Below the pieces are notes generated by a model. That model saw nothing but the letters and a program-made list of their open reading frames with translations, did not search any database and was not told the origin of the DNA. Positions 37,545 to 48,496 of a DNA stretch of 64,000 bases are shown here, piece after piece. The DNA is from an uncultured Flavobacteriaceae bacterium (lineage in GTDB: Bacteria > Bacteroidota > Bacteroidia > Flavobacteriales > Flavobacteriaceae): positions 27,150 to 91,149 of the forward strand of contig CAWKFV010000008.1 in the NCBI GenBank assembly GCA_963848865.1, read 5' to 3'. Each line of letters begins with the position of its first letter. Positions within the stretch are counted from its first letter, which is position 1. A program made the translations under genes and the position numbers.

Positions 37545-37905
37545 AATTTAAAAATTACTCCAGGTATTCTGGTGTTAAGCCCCACTACAAAGTTGTTGGT
37601 CTAATTTAATTTTCAATACTACGAAAATTGTCAACATTCCAATTAGTAAGGAAAACTCAGTTGGAACTATTTACTCGTTGGTTCTTTAAAAAATTAAGCA
37701 AATATAAAACTAGTTGGCTTAGGTGTTCGAACTTTATTTAATTCACACCAATACGCAAAAATTAGATTCACTCGGTTTACAAAACATAGTGGTGAATCCT
37801 AATTTTAACTTTACAATAATAATGGTAAATTACTAAATGGGAATATTTACCGATTGTGCTCTTAAGCACAGATTACAATTTAGAAATAGATATTAAGCAT
37901 TTTTT

Positions 37906-38994
37906 ATGGGCAAAACTTCACTAAAGAATAAGAAGATAATGGCATTTGTGCTCTTTGCAATTTACTTGGGAAGCGTGTCCCTACTTGCTCAGCAAACACC
38001 TAAGACCTATGTGGCCCAAAAAACCTCCGAAACAATCACTATAGACGGTAAAATGTTGGAAAAATCCTGGGAAAATGCAAAATGGACCGATGTTTTTAGG
38101 GATATTGAAGGAAAGAAAGAGGCAACTTATCATACAAGGGTAAAAATGATATGGGACCAGCGTTACCTCTATTTTCTTGCTGATATTGAAGAACCTCATG
38201 TTTGGGCTACCTTAAAACAAAGGGATACTATCATATTTTACAACAATGACTTTGAACTATTTATTGATCCAGACGGAGATACCCATAATTATTATGAGTA
38301 TGAAATGAATGCGCTCAATACAATTTGGGATCTATTTTTATCCAAACCTTATAGAAATAATGGAAAAGTACTCGGAGGATGGGATATAAAGGGGTTAAAA
38401 TCTAATGTAACGATTAATGGGACCTTAAATAATCCAACAGATAAAGATAAGGGATGGGTAGTTGAAATCGCTATTCCCTGGTCCTTTGACACTGAACCGG
38501 GTGGAATTACCCATATTCCTGAAAATGAGTTCTGGAGAATAAATTTTTCTCGGGTCAACTGGGATTTTGAGCTTACAAATGGAAGGTATTCAAGAAAAAA
38601 AGATAGTTTAGAAAAGTACCTTCATGAACATAATTGGGTGTGGTCCCCACAAGGTGTTATTAATATGCATGAACCGGAACATTGGGGATATGTTTATTTC
38701 TCTACTGACAATGTTGGAGCAGATTCCAGCTTTGAAATTCCGAAGGATGAATATATTAAATGGTATTTATACGAACTGTATAGGGATGTTAGAAATGAAA
38801 ATAGAGGAAAGATAGTTTGGAAACCCATAAACGGGCAATTACAGAGTAAAGCAAAAAACATTCTTGGAAAATCCGTCATAGCTATTTTAGAAAAAAATAA
38901 ATTTGGAATCAATATATGGGCAACCAGTCCATTTACAAACAAGAAGCTGGTAATACAAAATGACGGAAAATTTAACACCTATGACCAAGACTAA
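37906..38994 (+). CDS. Secreted CBM9-like carbohydrate-binding family protein
   Basis: ITIDGKMLEKSW, TRVKMIWD, DFELFIDP, YYEYEMNA, WVVEIAIPW, WRINFSR. Confidence 0.85.
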   Translation: MGKTSLKNKKIMAFVLFAIYLGSVSLLAQQTPKTYVAQKTSETITIDGKMLEKSWENAKWTDVFRDIEGKKEATYHTRVKMIWDQRYLYFLADIEEPHVWATLKQRDTIIFYNNDFELFIDPDGDTHNYYEYEMNALNTIWDLFLSKPYRNNGKVLGGWDIKGLKSNVTINGTLNNPTDKDKGWVVEIAIPWSFDTEPGGITHIPENEFWRINFSRVNWDFELTNGRYSRKKDSLEKYLHEHNWVWSPQGVINMHEPEHWGYVYFSTDNVGADSSFEIPKDEYIKWYLYELYRDVRNENRGKIVWKPINGQLQSKAKNILGKSVIAILEKNKFGINIWATSPFTNKKLVIQNDGKFNTYDQD

Positions 38995-40117
38995 GACAAC
39001 ATTTATTAGATCACTTTTGCTTATCATCTTTCTATCACTTTTCTCCTGTATAACTGAAAATGGGAATAAGAAAAACGTGACCAATGACAATATGGACAAA
39101 GTTGAAACATTGGAAGAAACATCCTTTAAGCTATGGACATGGGTTACCGCTGAAAAGGAAAGAACAGATAGTTCTTTTGAAGAAGAGTTCAAGAAATATA
39201 GCGATAATGGCATTGATGCCATTTTAATAAATACATACGGAGACCCAAAACTTTTAGCAAGATTGGTCCCCATTGCCAAAAAATTTAAATTGGAAGTCCA
39301 TGCTTGGATGTTCACTATTAATAGGCCGGGCGACAAAATTGCAGAACAGCATCCGGAATGGTACGCGGTTAGCAGGGATGGTAAATCCTGTTATGACGAT
39401 CCGCCGTATGTAGGTTATTACAAATGGCTATGCCCTACAAGAAAGGAGTCGCGTGAACATATACTAAGTTTAATTGAAGGGTTATCCAAAGTTGAAGGTG
39501 TAGCAAGTTTTCATTTGGATTACATTCGATATTCGGATATATTTTTGCCTATAGGACTGCTTCCCAAATATGATTTGGTTCAAAATGAAGAACTCCCCAG
39601 ATATGATTTTTGTTATTGTGAAGTTTGTTTGTCAGAATTTGAAAAAATACATCATAAGAACCCGAAAGATTTTGACCACCCGGCCATAGATATGGAATGG
39701 AAAAATTTTAGACTTAACAAAGTAAAGGCCATTGTGGATGACGCCTATAAAATTGCACATGCCAATGGCAAGTTACTAACCTCGGCGGTGTTCCCTTATC
39801 CAGAAATGGCGGACCATATGGTACGTCAGCGTTGGGACAAATGGGATATAGATATTGTGCTGCCCATGATTTACAATGTATTTTATAATGAAGAAATAGA
39901 CTGGATAGGTTATGCAACCAAACAAGGTGTTGAGGACCTTAAAGGAAAAAATACGGAACTCCATACTGGAATATATGTTCCAGAGATGACAGGGGAAGAA
40001 TTGGAGGAAGCCATTCGTCAAGCTAAAAATAACGGTGCAAAAGGCGTTTCCTTTTTTGATGGCCCGGCTATTACCGAGGAACAATGGCAAATCATAAAGG
40101 AGATTGGGGATAAATAA
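38981..40117 (+). CDS. Glycoside hydrolase-like 10 (GHL10/DUF187) lipoprotein
   Basis: Lipobox LFSC, EVHAW, WLCP, HLDYIRY, QRW, PMIY. Confidence 0.8.
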   Translation: MTKTKTTFIRSLLLIIFLSLFSCITENGNKKNVTNDNMDKVETLEETSFKLWTWVTAEKERTDSSFEEEFKKYSDNGIDAILINTYGDPKLLARLVPIAKKFKLEVHAWMFTINRPGDKIAEQHPEWYAVSRDGKSCYDDPPYVGYYKWLCPTRKESREHILSLIEGLSKVEGVASFHLDYIRYSDIFLPIGLLPKYDLVQNEELPRYDFCYCEVCLSEFEKIHHKNPKDFDHPAIDMEWKNFRLNKVKAIVDDAYKIAHANGKLLTSAVFPYPEMADHMVRQRWDKWDIDIVLPMIYNVFYNEEIDWIGYATKQGVEDLKGKNTELHTGIYVPEMTGEELEEAIRQAKNNGAKGVSFFDGPAITEEQWQIIKEIGDK

Positions 40118-40422
40118 ATCTAGAACCAAATTCCGGTAGTACAAAAAACTCCTATACACTTGTTTTTTTAAAACCTACAAGTTCGTGGTCAACACAAGTG
40201 GCGCTTCTAATAATGTTTGTAAGGGAAGGGCGTATTTTTTAAGCTCATAATAAGTGAGGAAATAACACTTATTAATGAAGTTGTCCTGAACAAGACAAAA
40301 ACGTTTTCGAAAAGGTGTTATTTAGCTTTTCACAATCGTTATTAGTCGAATATATTCCACTATTACAAGACTACTTAGCATTTTTAATTACATTTTATAC
40401 ACCTAACTAAACTCAAAAATTC

Positions 40423-43400
40423 ATGAACAACAAAATCTTAAGTTTTTTGATGCTATTATCACTATTCTTTTTTCAAGGGATAATGGCGCAAAATAGCACG
40501 GTATCCGGTACGGTGTCAGATGAATCTGGCTCACCGCTTCCCGGTGTCAACGTTATTGAAAAAGGCACGTCCAATGGTACATCAACTGATTTTGATGGAA
40601 ATTATACCATTGTTGCGGGCAGTTCCGCAACTTTGGTCTTTTCCTCATTAGGTTATGAAACCAAGGAGGTCGCTGTTAACGGTCAAACCACTATTAATAC
40701 TTTTCTGGCGGAAGACGCTAGCGAGCTAGACGAAGTGGTAGTAACCGCACTTGGTATAAAAAAGGAAACCAAAGCACTTGGTTATTCCTTGACCGAAGTA
40801 GACGCAGAAGAAATTGCGACGATTAAAACTCCAAACGCAATCAACTCTTTGCAAGGTAAAATTGCCGGTGTTAACATTTCTCAAAATGCTACCGGTGCTG
40901 CAGGCTCTAGTAGGGTCATCATTAGGGGTTCAAGTTCACTATCTGGTAATAACCAGCCACTTTATGTTGTAGATGGTATTCCCATCAACAATAGTAATAA
41001 TGGTTCAGCAAGTTTATGGGGAGGTTCAGACGGTGGTGATGGTATCTCCAGTTTAAACCCAGATGATATTGAATCCATATCAGTTTTAAAAGGTGGTGCG
41101 GCATCCGCGCTATATGGTTCCCGTGCGGCTGGTGGAGTTATTATCGTAACTACCAAAACCGGAAAAGGGCAACAAGGTTTTGGCGTAGAGCTAAGCAGTC
41201 AAGTTACCTTTGATAGAGTGGATACTTCTATACAGGACTTTCAAACCCAGTATGGACAAGGTTTATTGGGAGCTCGACCCACTACCCAAGAAGGTGCTTT
41301 AGACGCAGGAACTTCTTCATGGGGTGAGCGCTTTGATGGGGTAAACTCTGTTCAATTCGACGGTGTTTTAAGACCCTATTCCTATGCCGGAAATAATATC
41401 GACAAATTTTACAGAACAGGTACAACTTTTATAAATACCGTGGCGTTGACAAATGCTACTGAAAAAATAACATACAGATTATCAGCTTCTGATTTAACTA
41501 ATGAGGATATACTTCCTAATGCTGGGTTAAACAGAAAATCTTTCTCTTTCAATGGTTCTGCTGTTTTAGCGGATAAACTTACAAGTACGATCAACGCGAA
41601 ATACGTTATTGAAAAAGTTCAGAATAGACCACGGTTATCAGATGCTCCGGGTAACGCTAACTTTACGGTTGCACTATTACCAGGTAACTTTGATGTGCTG
41701 ACATTGCAGCCTTCTACCAATCCTGACGGTTCTGAAAGACAATATTCAAATAATACTTTTTCACAAAATCCCTATTTCGCCGCTTTCAATTTTAGAAATG
41801 AAGATGACAGAAATAGAATCATTGCCTCTACAACATTAAGATATGACTTCACTGACTGGCTTTCCCTTACCGGTAGAATGGGTATTGACAATGATATTAT
41901 CAGAAGAACTTCGGTAGAGCCATTTGGGACTGCATACAAACCACTAGGAAGTATACAAGAGCAAGAACGTAGAACTAACCAAGTGGACGCCGATATTATT
42001 TTGGCAGCAGAAAAGGATATTACTGACAAATTTGGAATTTCTGTAATTGCGGGGGTAAACGCTAACCATCTTAAATCTGAAAATCTTTTCTTGGGTGGTG
42101 ACGATTTTATTGTGCCAGGACTGGAAGACATAGGAAATACAGCAAGGATAAATAGAAGCAGGGAATACAGTGAACGTAAAATTGGTTCTGTCTACGGTTC
42201 TTTGGAGCTGTCATATGACCGTTGGGCTTACATTACCTTTACCGGAAGAAATGACTGGTTCTCTACCCTCTCATTTCCGGGTAAAGAAACACCAAATGAT
42301 GATTTTTATCCCTCCGTAAATGCTAGTTTGGTCTTATCGGATGCTTTCCAGATGCCATCCTTTATAGATTTCCTAAAATTAAGGGGAGGTTATTCAGAAG
42401 TTGCTGGTGGCGCCCAAAATCCTTATGAATTGGCGTTGACTTATGAAATTTTCGGTAATCCGCTAGGTGGGCAACCTACTGGAAGAATCTTTGGATCCAC
42501 TGTTCCCAATGCGAATCTTGTAGCGTTTAGTAAGAGTGAAACTGAGGTTGGTTTAGATTTACGTCTGTTTCAGAACAGACTATCTTTTGATTTGGCATAT
42601 TACAGCAATGAAACTACGAATGATATTGTGGATGTAGCCACTTCAACGACCTCTGGTTTTAACGGCGCTAAGGCTAATCTTGGTCGGATAACCAATAAAG
42701 GTTTTGAGTTTTTGGTGAGTGGCACCCCGGTAAGAACTGCAGACTTTAATTGGAACATGTCAGTAAACGGAGCTTATAATGAAGGATTGGTTGTGGCAAC
42801 GGATGACGTTGACTCCGATGTGAATTTAGATGAACCTCGTACCCAAAATGTTAGAATAACGCATATTGTTGGAGAACCATACGGTACCATTGTCGGTGTT
42901 TCTTATGAAAGGGACGATAATGGCGTAATCAAATATGATATTGATGACCAAGGAGTTCCAAGAGCTGTTGAAGGTGAACGTAAAATACTGGGCGAAGGTG
43001 TCCCACCTTTAACATTAGGTTTTACCAACTCGTTTAGATATAAGAATTTTAATCTAAATTTCTTGATAGACGGTAAATTTGGAGGACAAATGTTCTCAGG
43101 AACCAATACGTTGGTTTATGGTAATGGACTGCATAAAAAAACATTGGAAGGCAGGGAAAATGGTCTGACTGTTTCCGGTATCGACAATGCAACCAATCAA
43201 CCTTTTACCACCACAGTAGCACCAGAAAACCTACAAACCTATTGGGGAGAGATTAACGATATAGCGGAAGAATTTGTGGAGGATTCCGATTACATTAAAT
43301 TTAGACAATTAAGTATTGGGTATTCAATACCCCAAAGGGCATTGGAGAATGTATTCCTTACCAGCGTAAATGTTTCCTTTATTGCTTCCAATTTATTTTA

Positions 43401-43527
43401 TATTTCTAGAAGCATAGACAATATTGACCCGGAAAGTGCTTACAATGTTGGGAACTCACAAGGTTTGGAATATTTTGGCGTTCCTTCCTCAAGAAATTAT
43501 GGTATGACTATCAACTTAAAGTTTTAA
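40423..43527 (+). CDS. susC: SusC/RagA TonB-linked outer membrane transporter
   Basis: VVVTALGIKKE, NQPLYVVDG, LNPDDIESISVLKG..ALYGSRA; followed by susD. Confidence 0.96.
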   Translation: MNNKILSFLMLLSLFFFQGIMAQNSTVSGTVSDESGSPLPGVNVIEKGTSNGTSTDFDGNYTIVAGSSATLVFSSLGYETKEVAVNGQTTINTFLAEDASELDEVVVTALGIKKETKALGYSLTEVDAEEIATIKTPNAINSLQGKIAGVNISQNATGAAGSSRVIIRGSSSLSGNNQPLYVVDGIPINNSNNGSASLWGGSDGGDGISSLNPDDIESISVLKGGAASALYGSRAAGGVIIVTTKTGKGQQGFGVELSSQVTFDRVDTSIQDFQTQYGQGLLGARPTTQEGALDAGTSSWGERFDGVNSVQFDGVLRPYSYAGNNIDKFYRTGTTFINTVALTNATEKITYRLSASDLTNEDILPNAGLNRKSFSFNGSAVLADKLTSTINAKYVIEKVQNRPRLSDAPGNANFTVALLPGNFDVLTLQPSTNPDGSERQYSNNTFSQNPYFAAFNFRNEDDRNRIIASTTLRYDFTDWLSLTGRMGIDNDIIRRTSVEPFGTAYKPLGSIQEQERRTNQVDADIILAAEKDITDKFGISVIAGVNANHLKSENLFLGGDDFIVPGLEDIGNTARINRSREYSERKIGSVYGSLELSYDRWAYITFTGRNDWFSTLSFPGKETPNDDFYPSVNASLVLSDAFQMPSFIDFLKLRGGYSEVAGGAQNPYELALTYEIFGNPLGGQPTGRIFGSTVPNANLVAFSKSETEVGLDLRLFQNRLSFDLAYYSNETTNDIVDVATSTTSGFNGAKANLGRITNKGFEFLVSGTPVRTADFNWNMSVNGAYNEGLVVATDDVDSDVNLDEPRTQNVRITHIVGEPYGTIVGVSYERDDNGVIKYDIDDQGVPRAVEGERKILGEGVPPLTLGFTNSFRYKNFNLNFLIDGKFGGQMFSGTNTLVYGNGLHKKTLEGRENGLTVSGIDNATNQPFTTTVAPENLQTYWGEINDIAEEFVEDSDYIKFRQLSIGYSIPQRALENVFLTSVNVSFIASNLFYISRSIDNIDPESAYNVGNSQGLEYFGVPSSRNYGMTINLKF

Positions 43528-43537
43528 AAAATAAGAT

Positions 43538-45016
43538 ATGAAAAAATTGATTTGTTTATTTATGACGATGCTGGTTTTAGGCGCGTGCGATGACGGGTAT
43601 GAAGAACTAAATGTAAATCCGACCAAACCATCACAGATTGCTGCCGGCAATAAACTAACCGCGGCAATTAAGTTTGTCTCAAGTGAGCGTTACGATAACT
43701 GGAGAGCGGGTATGATCTATCAATCCACCATGATGCAGCATATCGCTACAACGGCGGGATATTGGGATGGTGACAAATATACTTGGAACAGAGGTTATGC
43801 CTCTTCGTTAATGGATAGATACTATGAAAACGCTATCAAAACCATCGAAGATTTATTATTCCAATTAAACGAGGAAGCAGCACCGGACGAAATGAAAGCT
43901 ATCGTAAGAATCCTTCGGGTATTCGCTTATTCAAGATTAACAGATCTTTATGGGGATGTTCCCTATAGTGAGGCGGGAAAAGCAGTAATCGAAGGTGTAT
44001 TCTTGCCTAAGTACGATGCGCAAAGTGAGATTTATGCAGATATGCTAAATGAGTTAGAGGAATCTGCAGCTGCTTTGGGTAGTGGCATCTCAGGATTTGG
44101 CGCGGCGGACGTTATCTACGGTGGTGATCAAGCAAAATGGAAAAAATTAGCCAACTCCTTAATGCTACGTTTGGGACTTCGATTGATTAAAGTTGATCCT
44201 GCGGCTTCCCAGGCCTGGGCAACTAAGGCCATCGCGGGAGGAGTAATGACCTCAAATGATGACATTTTTTATTTACAGCATGATGAAAACAATCGAAATG
44301 GAATTTCAGAAGTTTTTGATGCGGATGGCAATCCACGTATGAGTGATACTTTTATTAACTTCCTACAAGATGGAAACGACCCAAGACTTCCCATCCTTGC
44401 AGCTAGGAGAGCTGATGGAAGTACTGCAGCAGCGGATTTAATTGGTTTTCCAAACGGATTAAATAGTGCCATGTTATTAGAAATGACCGGGGAAGAGAAT
44501 ACTGATGCATACGCCGAACCAAATAGAGCTATATTAGCTCCGTTTGATGCTCCTATGATTTTCCAGACCTATGCCGAAGTAGAATTCATGTTGGCTGAAG
44601 CCAACGTACGATGGGGTCTAGCAGGCGATGCAGAAACGCATTATAACAATGGTGTTACCGCCGCAATGAAACAGCTATCCCTATATGGCGACGCTGCTAA
44701 TATCGCTGATGCTGATATCACTGCTTATTTAGGAGCCAATCCGTATGACCCAGCTAATGCCCTTGAACAAATAAATACACAATATTGGGCTGCTACATTC
44801 TTAAATGAATACGAGACTTTCTCTAACTGGAGAAGAACTGGTTTCCCGGTCCTAGTACCGGTAAATTTCCCAGGAAACGAGACCGGTGGAACTATTCCAA
44901 GAAGACTTACGTATTCTGTAAACGAGGCCAGTGTTAACCCAGAAAATTACCAAGCAGCAATCGCCGCCCAAGGTCCTGATATTTTGACCACAAGGGTTTG
45001 GTGGGATGTTGAATAA
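43538..45016 (+). CDS. susD: SusD/RagB surface lipoprotein
   Basis: Lipobox LGAC, LTDLYGDVPYSEA, WKKLANSL, DPRL, WRRTGFP, RVWWD. Confidence 0.95.
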   Translation: MKKLICLFMTMLVLGACDDGYEELNVNPTKPSQIAAGNKLTAAIKFVSSERYDNWRAGMIYQSTMMQHIATTAGYWDGDKYTWNRGYASSLMDRYYENAIKTIEDLLFQLNEEAAPDEMKAIVRILRVFAYSRLTDLYGDVPYSEAGKAVIEGVFLPKYDAQSEIYADMLNELEESAAALGSGISGFGAADVIYGGDQAKWKKLANSLMLRLGLRLIKVDPAASQAWATKAIAGGVMTSNDDIFYLQHDENNRNGISEVFDADGNPRMSDTFINFLQDGNDPRLPILAARRADGSTAAADLIGFPNGLNSAMLLEMTGEENTDAYAEPNRAILAPFDAPMIFQTYAEVEFMLAEANVRWGLAGDAETHYNNGVTAAMKQLSLYGDAANIADADITAYLGANPYDPANALEQINTQYWAATFLNEYETFSNWRRTGFPVLVPVNFPGNETGGTIPRRLTYSVNEASVNPENYQAAIAAQGPDILTTRVWWDVE

Positions 45017-45072
45017 CATGTACAATACTTTATATAATTTCTATAAAGTTTGAGTTAGTTTTAATTGAGTTG

Positions 45073-45100
45073 AAAAAGGAGAGGAAACTCTCCTTTTTTT
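45073..45100 (+). terminator. Intrinsic terminator after susD
   Basis: AAAAAGGAGAG-GAAA-CTCTCCTTTTTTT. Confidence 0.85.
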
Positions 45101-45123
45101 ATCTAAAATACTATCTTGTAATC

Positions 45124-48100
45124 ATGAAAATAAAGTACTTATTCATCTGTTTTGGTCTGCTCATCTGTTGTAACAATCCCAATAAAGACAGGGAAAGTAT
45201 CAAAAGCCAAAAGTTATTTACTTTACTCGAACCAAAGGAAACTGGGATTTCTTTCAATAATATTATCAAAGACGATAAGGATCGAAACATCTTTCTGTAC
45301 GCCAATTTCTACGGCGGTGCAGGTGTGGGTCTGGGTGATTTTAATAATGATGGATTACAAGATATTTTCTTTGCCGGAAACATGGTTCCTGATAAATTGT
45401 ACCTGAACCAGGGAAACTTGAAGTTCAAAGATTATACGGAACTTGCTGGAATTAAGGATTTTGAAGGATGGTCTACCGGTGTCACTGTTGCAGATGTTAA
45501 CAATGACGGCAACTTGGATATTTATGTGAGTAGGGAATTGTACGACGAGAATCCAGAATGGCGTAAAAATTTGCTATACATCAATAAAGGGGATGGTAGT
45601 TTTACCGAGGAGGCAGAAAAATATAATATTGCAAATACAGAACGTACACGTCATGCCACTTTTTTAGATTACGACAAAGACGGTCAACTAGATTTGTTCT
45701 TACTTACGCAACCCCCAAATCCGGGAAGCTTATCACAGTATTTTGATTCAGAAAACCTACTTAAGCCCCAATATACGTTGAGGCTTTACAAAAACAACGG
45801 AGATTCCTTTAAGGATGTCACCGCAAAATCCGGAATACAGCGTACCGGATTTCCCAATGCAGTTTCCGCTAGCGACTTTAACAATGATGGATGGACAGAT
45901 CTTTATGTTGCCAATGATTTTTACGCTCCGGATTTTCTTTTCATGAACAATCAAGACGGAACCTTCTCTAGCATAGAGAAAAATGCTTTGAATCAAACTT
46001 CGTACTATAGCATGGGCGTGGATGTTGCCGATATTAACAACGACCAGAATTTGGACGTTTTTGTTTTGGACATGGTTGCCGAAGATAATTTTCGTCTTAA
46101 ATCCAACATGAGCGGCATGGACATAAGCTCTTTTTGGAAAGTGGTGGAAGATGGTGGAGGTTATCAGTATATGTACAATACGCTACAGCTCAACAACGGT
46201 AACGGCACTTTTAGTAATGTTGCTCAATTCTCAGGTATGGCCGCAACGGATTGGAGCTGGTCTAACCTCATAGCTGATTTTGACAACGATGGCCTAAAAG
46301 ACACGTATGTTACCAACGGTCTTCTTAGAGACATACGCAATACGGACGCCGATAAAAAAATTGCCAACTATATAAATACCTCAAGAGTCAATTGGTTGCA
46401 AAACAATCCAGACGGAGGTAATCTTTCCTCCATTTGGGACATTGTTGACTTAGACAAAGCGGTAAATATGCTCCCCTCGCAGCCACTAAAAAACTACTCA
46501 TTTAAAAATACTGGAGATCTTCAGTTCAACAAAATGTCCGACGAATGGGGACTGGATGAAGAATCTTTTTCCAATGGGTCTGCATACGCGGACTTGGACA
46601 ATGACGGCGATCTGGACCTGGTGGTCAACAACATTAATAAAGAAGCTTTTGTTTACCGAAACAATTCAGAAATTCTAGAGGGGAAAAACTTTTTAAGAAT
46701 TGAGCTGGTAGATAATCAACATAAACCGCTATTCGGGACAAGAATTAATGTTTACACAAAAAATGGCGTTCAGACCCAGGAGACCACAAATGTTAGAGGA
46801 ATTTATTCTACAAGTGAGCCTACAGTGCACTTTGGCTTAAATGACCTGGCTTTGGTTGATAGCCTTGTTATACAATGGCCAAACGGGAACAAAACCATTA
46901 AGCACGATATTGCTACCAATCAGGTTTTAAAAATAGCTATTAGCGATTCAGAAGAAAATAGTGAAATTGATAATAGGAAATTGGAAGGGAGACTATTTGC
47001 AGAAGAGTACTAAAGACTTTTCTTGTAAATTTCAGCACCAAGAAAATAATTTTGATGATTTCGAAAAGCAAATATTACTACCACACAAATTATCTCAATT
47101 TGGCCCGGCGTTAACTGTCTGGAGACGTTAATAACGATGGTCTTGATGATTTTTATGTTGGAGGTGCCGCTGGCCAATCACCTATTCTTTTTGTTCAAAA
47201 TAAAAGTGGTGATTTTGCACAAAGTAATTTAGCATTTTGGCAGAAAGAAGCACCATATGAAGATGTAGATGCTATTTTCGTGGACATCAATAAAGATGGA
47301 TTTCAAGACATTTACGTGGTTAGCGGTGGAAATGCCTACAAAGAAGGGGATTTTCATTATACGGATAGGCTCTATATTAACCAAGGTAATGGCAGTTTTA
47401 AAAAAGGTGCTATTCTCAACCTTCTTAAAACAAGTGGCTCCGTAGTAAAAGCCAATGATTATGATGGAGATGGCGATATGGACCTTTTTGTAGGGGGAAG
47501 ACATACCCCCCATAAGTATCCTGCACCTACTTCAAGCATGTTGCTGGTGAACGAAAATGGACAGTTAAACAACCTTACTAATGAATTATCCCCCGATTTA
47601 ATTAATATTGGTATGGTTACGGATGCCATCTGGTCAGATTATGATAAGGACAATGATCTGGATCTAGTTGTTGTTGGAGAATGGATGCCAATTACCATTT
47701 TCCAAAATAACAATGGTCAATTAAGTAAATATGAAACCGAAGGCTTGAAAGAAACAAGCGGTTGGTGGTTTAGCATTGAACAAGGGGATTTTGATAATGA
47801 TGGGGACATGGATTATATAGCCGGCAATCTTGGGCTTAATTACAAATACAAAACCAGCCCGGAAAAACCGTTCGATATTTACTATAATGATTTTGATGGC
47901 AATGGTGATGGCGACATTGTTTTGGGCTATTACAATAATGAAAAACATTTTCCGCTGCGCGGCTTTTCATGTTCCTCACAACAAATTCCATCCCTCAAAG
48001 ACAAAATTGGAAAATATGATGTTTTTGCATCCTTGGAACTCACGGAAGTCTATGGGGAAGAAAACTTAAAAAACGCACTTCATTACAAGACAGATACTTT

Positions 48101-48491
48101 TGCATCAGTATATATCGAAAATCTTGGTGGAGGCAACTTTAAAGTAAAAGAGTTACCAATGTTAGCACAATTGTCCAACATTAATGATATGCTTGTAAGA
48201 GATTTCAACGATGATGGATTTATGGATGTACTCGCTGTTGGTAATCTTTTTGTATCCGAAATTGAAACTCCTAGAAACGATGCCGGGACTGGCCTTCTAC
48301 TATTAGGTGATGGTGTTGGCGGCTTTCTAATAAATCGAGGTGCGGAAATAGGTTTTTACGCAGCGCGGGATGCCAAAAAATTAGTTGAAATATCTCAGGG
48401 AAATCAACGGCATATTTTAGTGGGTAATAATAATGATATCCTTCAATCCTTTAGTATCAAAAAGAACAAGAAAGTTTCGGCAGCATTTTAA
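45124..48491 (+). CDS. FG-GAP/VCBS repeat plus ASPIC/UnbV protein (two one-base frameshifts near 47005 and 47120)
   Basis: Many DxDxDG repeats. The missing segment STKDFSCKFQHQENNFDDFEKQILLPHKLSQFGPALTV is read in the intervening frame and joins GDVNNDG. Start is ATG 45124, after the terminator. Confidence 0.85.
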
Positions 48492-48496
48492 ACTTT

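Noticed and set aside
45070-45123. N-terminal extension MKKERKLSFFYLKYYLVI of the FG-GAP ORF
   Set aside because: It runs through the susD terminator hairpin; ATG 45124 gives a normal signal peptide.
45300-48300. Recurrent GAYTTTRAYAAYGAYGG-like nucleotide repeats as a possible array
   Set aside because: They encode FG-GAP DxDxDG motifs and are irregularly spaced; this is not a CRISPR or DNA repeat array.
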